From Actinomycetota bacterium (GTDB lineage: Bacteria > Actinomycetota > Actinomycetes > S36-B12 > UBA5976): DNA of 58,327 nucleotides. Shown piece by piece: positions 52,789 through 58,327 of the stretch (its first letter is position 1; each line of letters starts with the position of its first letter). Location of the stretch: the NCBI GenBank assembly GCA_027730605.1, contig JAQCGN010000002.1, forward strand, positions 1 to 58,327, in the 5' to 3' direction. The position numbers and the translations under genes were made by a program. A model generated the notes under the pieces. It did no database searches. It saw only the letters and a list, made by a program, of their open reading frames with translations, and was not told the DNA's origin.

Positions 52789-53535
52789 TTGATGGATTTA
52801 ACACTCGCACTGCTTGCTGGAATGGCAAGTGGGTTTTTAAATGTTGTTGCTGGCGGTGGAACCTTAATAGTCTTTCCAACTCTTGTGGCACTTGGTCTTT
52901 CTCCTTTAGTTGCAAACGTAACTGCAGCAGTTGGAGTTTTTCCTGGATCTTTAGCTGGAAGTTGGACGTATCGAAAAATTCTTAGTGAACAAAAAAAATT
53001 AGCTTGGCTTTCAGTTTTACTGATGCCTATATTTTCAATAATTGGGGCAGCGCTCTTACTTTTTCTTCCTGAAAAAAACTTCGAAACAATTGTTCCATTT
53101 TTAATCGGAAGTGCTGGAATTTTGATTGCATTACAACCTCTTGTCTATAAGCTATTTCCAAAAAATACAAAAGTACTTAATTTAAAACTCATAATTCCAG
53201 GATTTATTCTTGCAGGAATCTATGTAGGTTATTTTGGTGCTGGAACTGGGGTAATTCTACTAGCAATTTATGGTTTAGCTGGATTATCAAATATTCAACA
53301 AGCAAACGGACTAAAAAATCTTGGTTCTGGAACTGGAAATGCAGTTGCTGCAGTAATTTTTATTTTCTCAGGACTCGTAGTGTGGCAATTGGCTCTCTCC
53401 GTAGCTATAGGTTCAATTATAGGTGGGGCTTTAGGTGGAAGATTGGCCCAAAAACTTGACGCATCTATTTTCAGAATAATTATTTTAGTTATTGCAATAG
53501 TTGCATCTGTTTATCTTTTTATAAATAACTCTTAA
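52789..53535 (+). CDS. TauE/SafE (TSUP) family anion exporter
   Basis: 248 aa. Contains GGGTLIVFPTLVALG and a repeated 4-TM pattern. The ATG at 52792 is probably the real start. Confidence 0.8.
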   Translation: MMDLTLALLAGMASGFLNVVAGGGTLIVFPTLVALGLSPLVANVTAAVGVFPGSLAGSWTYRKILSEQKKLAWLSVLLMPIFSIIGAALLLFLPEKNFETIVPFLIGSAGILIALQPLVYKLFPKNTKVLNLKLIIPGFILAGIYVGYFGAGTGVILLAIYGLAGLSNIQQANGLKNLGSGTGNAVAAVIFIFSGLVVWQLALSVAIGSIIGGALGGRLAQKLDASIFRIIILVIAIVASVYLFINNS

Positions 53536-54373
53536 TTACCCTTCCGACCCTCCAACCTAATTGTTCAATCAAAATTGTTGCATCAATTCTTAGGTACCAA
53601 ACTTGTTTAAAACCCTGGATTCCATATTTTGCCCCATGCTCAAATCCTGCCAACATTCCTAATAGATCAGGGCGACTCGCACTATTTATCTGCTCCCGCA
53701 TAGTGTTTAATCCTTTTAATTTAATTTCTTTTGTTATGTCTTCTTTGTGATAGAAATAAGCAATTAATGCATCTATATCGATTTTAAATTCAGGTTCTCC
53801 AAGTTTTTTAGCTAACTCTTCAGCCACCTCTGAAGTTGTTTTGCCATTGGCACACAGTAAAACGGCAATCAATAGAGGATTGATTAACTCAGAAAGATTT
53901 CCTTTAATATATTTACTTCCTGGGCGAGTAAATTTCCATAATGGATAGTTCTTTATAAAGTCTGTGCAAACACTACTTTTATCTGCCAAGTGATTTATTC
54001 CATGGAAAAGTTTTGGATTACTCATAACTACTTCCCATTCTTTAATACATTTAATCAAGCAATTGCATATTTCAATCACGGAAAGTTTGTGTCTCTTTTG
54101 GGTGCTAAAGATTAATGAATCAAGTGCAAATAGTGTCAAAGAAAAGTTATAGGAGACATGTGCATTATGAGGTGGGGATGTGATACCCCAATCACCGTAT
54201 TTATCTTTGATAGTTTCTTTACTTAAACCACTTATGGCATTTCCCATCACATCACCTAGAGCTGCTCCTAATAGCGCACCCAAAATTCGATCTTGACGAG
54301 AATTTGGTATTGGTTTTGAACGCAACAAAGACCTAGCAGCTGGATTTAGTTCAGAAAGTAACATTGGCTCCAC
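53519..54373 (-). CDS. Divergent ADP-ribosylglycohydrolase-like protein
   Basis: 284 aa. The N-terminal DRILGALLGAALGDVMG matches the ARH/DraG family opening motif. The C-terminal region that normally carries GGDTDT reads ASRPDLLGMLAGFEHGAKYG. Good Shine-Dalgarno sequence (aaggtggag). Confidence 0.5.
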   Translation of the reverse strand: MEPMLLSELNPAARSLLRSKPIPNSRQDRILGALLGAALGDVMGNAISGLSKETIKDKYGDWGITSPPHNAHVSYNFSLTLFALDSLIFSTQKRHKLSVIEICNCLIKCIKEWEVVMSNPKLFHGINHLADKSSVCTDFIKNYPLWKFTRPGSKYIKGNLSELINPLLIAVLLCANGKTTSEVAEELAKKLGEPEFKIDIDALIAYFYHKEDITKEIKLKGLNTMREQINSASRPDLLGMLAGFEHGAKYGIQGFKQVWYLRIDATILIEQLGWRVGRVIKSYL

Positions 54374-54430
54374 CTTTGTTACATAAATTGTAATTTCAAT
54401 TATTAAAGTTTGTCATAAGTTTTATTAAAG

Positions 54431-54456
54431 ATTTCGTACCATATTTGGTACGAAAT
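54431..54456 (-). terminator. Hairpin downstream of the DMT transporter gene
   Basis: atttcgtacca / tggtacgaaat form a perfect 11-bp stem with a 4-nt loop, 10 nt after the stop at 54467. Confidence 0.55.
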
Positions 54457-54466
54457 ATTACAAAAT

Positions 54467-55315
54467 TTAGACTAAAGAAAGAATTGCTACAGCGAAGAAG
54501 GCTAATCCGATTCCAACAGATTGAATAGAACTCAATTTTTCCTTCAAGAAAACTGTAGCCAGAATTACCGTGGCAGCTGGATATAAAGCCGCAATTACTG
54601 CGGCGATTGATAAATAGCCATCAAAAGTTGCCAAAACAAACACTGCATTGGCTGTTGCATCTAGTGCTCCAGAAAGGACAACCAGCGCAAGTAATTTTGA
54701 ATTATAACCTTCACTAAGTTTTCCAGATTTAAAAGTCGCAAAATAAATTAGGGCTAAGATCGAAGAGATGAATCTTGCAATAACTAGTGGCCACATTCCA
54801 TTTTCAGGAGATGCTAATCCCACTAGACTTAAGAAAGTTCCAATCAATAAACCAGAGCAAATTGCAAGTGCTAAACCTTTTCCGCTAACTACAAGTTTTC
54901 CTCCAGTTGAAGATGGCTCTAAACTCACCAAGGCAACAGAAATAATTGCAAGTAAGATTCCAACCCAAGCAAGCCAATTTAAATTTTCACCAACTATTAA
55001 TCCCATTGCGATTGGGACAAAAGTTGAAGCTGCAGCCGTGACAGGACTCATCACACTCATTGGTCCAATAGCAAGTGCCAGATACAAACTGCCTATCGCC
55101 AAAATTCCTACGACACCAGCAATCAATCCAATTACAATTGAATTTAAGTTGATTTCACCAGGCAGTAATAAAGCATAGATGTATAAAAACAACAATCCCA
55201 CTGGGTAAGACAAAACCAAGACTTTGATAGCAGGAATTTTTTTTGAGACAAATCCGCCAAAAAAATCTGCTGTTCCCCACATTAAACTTGAGATAAGTGC
55301 TAGGAGTGCTGCCAT
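54467..55315 (-). CDS. EamA/DMT family transporter
   Basis: 282 aa with about 10 TM helices and two EamA-like halves. Confidence 0.8.
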   Translation of the reverse strand: MAALLALISSLMWGTADFFGGFVSKKIPAIKVLVLSYPVGLLFLYIYALLLPGEINLNSIVIGLIAGVVGILAIGSLYLALAIGPMSVMSPVTAAASTFVPIAMGLIVGENLNWLAWVGILLAIISVALVSLEPSSTGGKLVVSGKGLALAICSGLLIGTFLSLVGLASPENGMWPLVIARFISSILALIYFATFKSGKLSEGYNSKLLALVVLSGALDATANAVFVLATFDGYLSIAAVIAALYPAATVILATVFLKEKLSSIQSVGIGLAFFAVAILSLV

Positions 55316-55352
55316 GCCACTAATCTAGTCCAGAGTCTGACAAAATACGTTC

Positions 55353-55838
55353 ATGGCATTAAATTTAATTGATATTTTTAAGAGTTCACATAAAAATGCA
55401 CAGTTATTTGATGCTTTAAAAAGTATTGACTTTCATCAAACTAGATCTCAATCAAAAAGTTTAAAACTGATTGAATTTGAAACTCCTTCACCTATTGAAC
55501 TTAAAATTACCAGGCATAACGATTTTGATATATCAGCATCAGCTCAAAAATTTATTTCAAACCCAGTATTGCTTAGCGAAACATGGGACTTTATATCTCA
55601 ATCAAAAATCAAAGTTATTCTCGCAATCCCCAAGATTCAAACAGAAGTTACAGCTGATTTGAACTTTGAGGAATTAGGCGCAGAAACTGTGATAACTGTG
55701 AATTCTTATGTTGTATCAGAGATGTTCTTAGTGGGTTCGTTCGTGGAGGAATTTGTGTCTAAGTTTTGGAAGAATGCATTAAACAAAGATTTTGAAACTC
55801 TAAATATTTGGATTACGACTAATCAAACTTTTGATTAA
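55353..55838 (+). CDS. Hypothetical protein (possibly SRPBCC/DUF2505-like)
   Basis: 161-aa soluble protein. The size and the mixed beta/long C-terminal helix character suggest an SRPBCC fold. No diagnostic motif was recognised. Confidence 0.4.
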   Translation: MALNLIDIFKSSHKNAQLFDALKSIDFHQTRSQSKSLKLIEFETPSPIELKITRHNDFDISASAQKFISNPVLLSETWDFISQSKIKVILAIPKIQTEVTADLNFEELGAETVITVNSYVVSEMFLVGSFVEEFVSKFWKNALNKDFETLNIWITTNQTFD

Positions 55839-56478
55839 AAATTGATTCAAGCTCTATTTTAGTTGATTCATAGTCAACGTGTAAAACTCCTGCCATCCCA
55901 ATTTCACTTGCGGATTTAATGTTGTGTTCCAAATCATCAACAAAGACTGAATCTTGCGGTTTAACTTTTAGTAGTTCCAAAGTATGAAAATAAATTTCTG
56001 CATCTGGTTTCCTCATCCCTACTTCTCCTGAAATAACTACTTCGTCAAACATGTCATCCCATCCATGTCGTGGATAGCTATTCCCCCAAGAGTTTGAAAG
56101 TAACGCGGTTTTTATCCCTTTTTTTCTAGCTCTGTGAACCAATCCGTTCATATCTGGTGCATGCTCAAAAAACTGAAACATTCTTTGTAAAAGACCAGCA
56201 GGATTTACTTTTATATTTCCATACCTTAATAAAGCATTTGCTAATTCTTTTTCAAAATCAGGAACTGCCATCTCGCCTCTTTCAAGGGCGTGAATAGGAT
56301 TTAACCTCAATTCTTTTTCTGCAACAGGTCCAAGCCAATCATTAAAGACTTTGTAATAAACTTTTAAATCAATATTTTCTTGAGCAGTCCAATTGGTGAG
56401 CATATGATCTAGTCCATTGGTTAAAACTCCTCCCCAGTCCACAATCAGTGCAAAAGGGGTGTTATTTGAACTAGTCAT
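55819..56478 (-). CDS. HAD-IA variant hydrolase with atypical motif I (DWGGV)
   Basis: 219 aa. Contains ALIVDWGGVLT, LLSNS, RKPD and FVDDLEHN. Confidence 0.75.
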   Translation of the reverse strand: MTSSNNTPFALIVDWGGVLTNGLDHMLTNWTAQENIDLKVYYKVFNDWLGPVAEKELRLNPIHALERGEMAVPDFEKELANALLRYGNIKVNPAGLLQRMFQFFEHAPDMNGLVHRARKKGIKTALLSNSWGNSYPRHGWDDMFDEVVISGEVGMRKPDAEIYFHTLELLKVKPQDSVFVDDLEHNIKSASEIGMAGVLHVDYESTKIELESIFNQKFD

Positions 56479-56671
56479 GAAATAAAGTTTACTAGTCAGC
56501 TCACCTTTCTTAATAAACGTTTTAATTTTGGTGGAGAATATGTTTCATTTATGACCTGATTTGCAATCACATCATAGATTTTAACTAATTCCTCGTCTCC
56601 TATATCAAGGATTGATTCTGCTTGATTCCAGCTTTTAGCAAAAATCTCTGGTTTATCAGGAATTCTTTGAA

Positions 56672-58327
56672 TTAATTATTTGATCCGTGGCAACGCTTAT
56701 ATTTTTTACCCGAACCACAAGGACAAAGTTCATTTCTACCGACTACTGCAACTTTATTAGTTTTTGTAACCGGAACACTTTGTTGTTCATCCCCATCAAG
56801 TGAAGGAGCGCTGTATGAAAGATTTTGCTGTTTTTCTACTTTAGTAAACCCTTTAGCTTCCACAGATTCTTGATTTTCTTGAACTTGTACTTGGGCATTA
56901 AAAGTAAAACCTACAACTTGTTCCTTAATTGCATCCATCATTGCAACAAATAGATCGTAACCCTCTTTTTGATATTCAACTAATGGATCTCTTTGCCCCA
57001 TTGCTCGAAGTCCAATACCTTCTTGTAAATAGTCCATTTCATACAGATGTTCACGCCATTTTCTATCAAGCACACTTAATACAACTTGTCTTTCTAGTTC
57101 CCGCATTACTTTTGGTGTTAATAAAGCTTCTCGTGTGCGGTAGGCCTGGGCTGCATCATTTCGCAATGATTCCATTAACACTTCTTGATCAAGAGAGCCA
57201 CCATTTTGTTGTTTTAAAGCTTCAATGGAAACAGCTGTTGGATAAAGGTTTTTTAGTGCCATCATTAGTTGATCTAAATCCCATTGCTCTGGATAACCTT
57301 CACTAGTAGCAGCTAACACATAAGCCTTAATAGTTTCATCAATAAATTCAAGGATTTGATCGGAAAGGTCTTGTCCTTCCAGAACTCTGGCTCGCTCAGA
57401 ATAAATAACTTGGCGTTGCCTATTTAATACTTCGTCATATTTAAGAACATTTTTTCTTATTTCAAAATTTTGTTGTTCAACTTGAGTCTGGGCATTTCTA
57501 ATTGCCGTTGTCACCATTTTTGCTTCAATTGGAACATCGTCTGGAACATTAAATCTTCTCAGAAAAGCATCAACTAAATCACCTTTGAATCGACGCATCA
57601 ATTCATCTTGGAGGGATAAATAAAATCTGGATTCACCTGGATCACCTTGACGCCCAGATCGTCCTCTTAACTGATTATCAATTCGTCTAGATTCGTGTCT
57701 TTCCGTTCCCAAAACATAAAGTCCACCTAATGCGGTAACTTCATTATGTTCTGTAGCAACTCTTTGTGCCGCAAGCTTTACTTCTTCTATATAAGCATGG
57801 TTATAAGCATCTAAATCAACATCAGGACTTAAACCTTTTTGAATTAATTCAGCATTTGCTAAGAATTCTGGATTTCCTCCCAGCATGATGTCTGTTCCGC
57901 GACCTGCCATATTGGTCGCAACAGTGACTGAACCTTTTCTTCCTGCTTGAGCAATAATTGCTGCCTCACGCTCATTATTTTTCGCATTTAGCACTTCATG
58001 GGGAATACCGCGTTTCTTAAGTAACCCACTTAAATATTCAGATCTTTCTACACTTGTAGTTCCAACTAATACTGGTTGACCTTTTTCATGACGGGCATAT
58101 AAATCTTCAACAACGGCAACAAATTTAGCTTCTTCTGTTCTATAAATTAAGTCAGATTGATCTTTTCGTATCATTTTCTTATTAGTTGGTATCTGAACAA
58201 CGCCTAGCTTATAAATACTGTCGAATTCTGCTGCTTCTGTCATAGCAGTTCCAGTCATACCTGAAAGTCTTGAATACATTCTGAAATAGTTCTGTAATGT
58301 AATCGTGGCTAATGTTTGATTTTCTTG
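56672..58327 (-). CDS. secA: Preprotein translocase ATPase SecA, C-terminal part; the 5' end runs off the window
   Basis: The frame stays open to the window edge ([31 protein letters not shown]...). The C-terminal zinc-binding tail [14 protein letters not shown] is present. Confidence 0.97.
   Translation of the reverse strand, partial: QENQTLATITLQNYFRMYSRLSGMTGTAMTEAAEFDSIYKLGVVQIPTNKKMIRKDQSDLIYRTEEAKFVAVVEDLYARHEKGQPVLVGTTSVERSEYLSGLLKKRGIPHEVLNAKNNEREAAIIAQAGRKGSVTVATNMAGRGTDIMLGGNPEFLANAELIQKGLSPDVDLDAYNHAYIEEVKLAAQRVATEHNEVTALGGLYVLGTERHESRRIDNQLRGRSGRQGDPGESRFYLSLQDELMRRFKGDLVDAFLRRFNVPDDVPIEAKMVTTAIRNAQTQVEQQNFEIRKNVLKYDEVLNRQRQVIYSERARVLEGQDLSDQILEFIDETIKAYVLAATSEGYPEQWDLDQLMMALKNLYPTAVSIEALKQQNGGSLDQEVLMESLRNDAAQAYRTREALLTPKVMRELERQVVLSVLDRKWREHLYEMDYLQEGIGLRAMGQRDPLVEYQKEGYDLFVAMMDAIKEQVVGFTFNAQVQVQENQESVEAKGFTKVEKQQNLSYSAPSLDGDEQQSVPVTKTNKVAVVGRNELCPCGSGKKYKRCHGSNN

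Overview
This window is a densely packed, low-GC (roughly 40% by eye, not computed) actinobacterial chromosome segment. It looks like a streamlined genome. I found no rRNA, CRISPR array, transposase, integrase, phage gene or recognisable defence or toxin system. Three blocks are visible. (1) 1-26.6 kb is a housekeeping block: nucS, PduO-type adenosyltransferase, murA, the F1Fo ATP synthase operon atpBEFHAGDC, wecA, glyA, tsaC, prmC, prfA, rpmE, rho, thrB, thrC, hom, lysA and argS. From memory, its order matches M. tuberculosis Rv1292-Rv1321. (2) 26.6-29.3 kb holds small membrane proteins, one tRNA-Arg(CCG), a HAD hydrolase, a DedA protein and an S51 peptidase. (3) 29.4-48.6 kb is an uninterrupted run of 17 genes for nucleobase and nucleoside uptake and catabolism: an NCS2 purine permease, guaB1, punA, a phospho-sugar mutase, deoC, two ALDH paralogues, add, a BMP-type ABC importer, deoA, an SDR, an MtaD-like deaminase, an MTAP-like phosphorylase and cdd. 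The last 10 kb carries a GlpD-like oxidoreductase, a DUF4349 lipoprotein, a PfkB kinase, bioY, a TauE exporter, a divergent ADP-ribosylglycohydrolase-like gene, a DMT transporter, two small accessory genes and the 3' part of secA. I do not see a clear novel multi-gene system. The observations most worth follow-up are: an ALDH paralogue that seems to lack its whole catalytic domain (37279-38124); a 100-aa protein with SURF1 end motifs but no middle domain (26607-26909); the tightly coupled cdd-MTAP-deaminase-SDR-deoA operon; a degenerate ADP-ribosylglycohydrolase-like protein; an open frame without a start codon directly after secA; and several convergent gene pairs whose 3' ends overlap. All family calls rest on motif recognition by eye. 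No searches were run.
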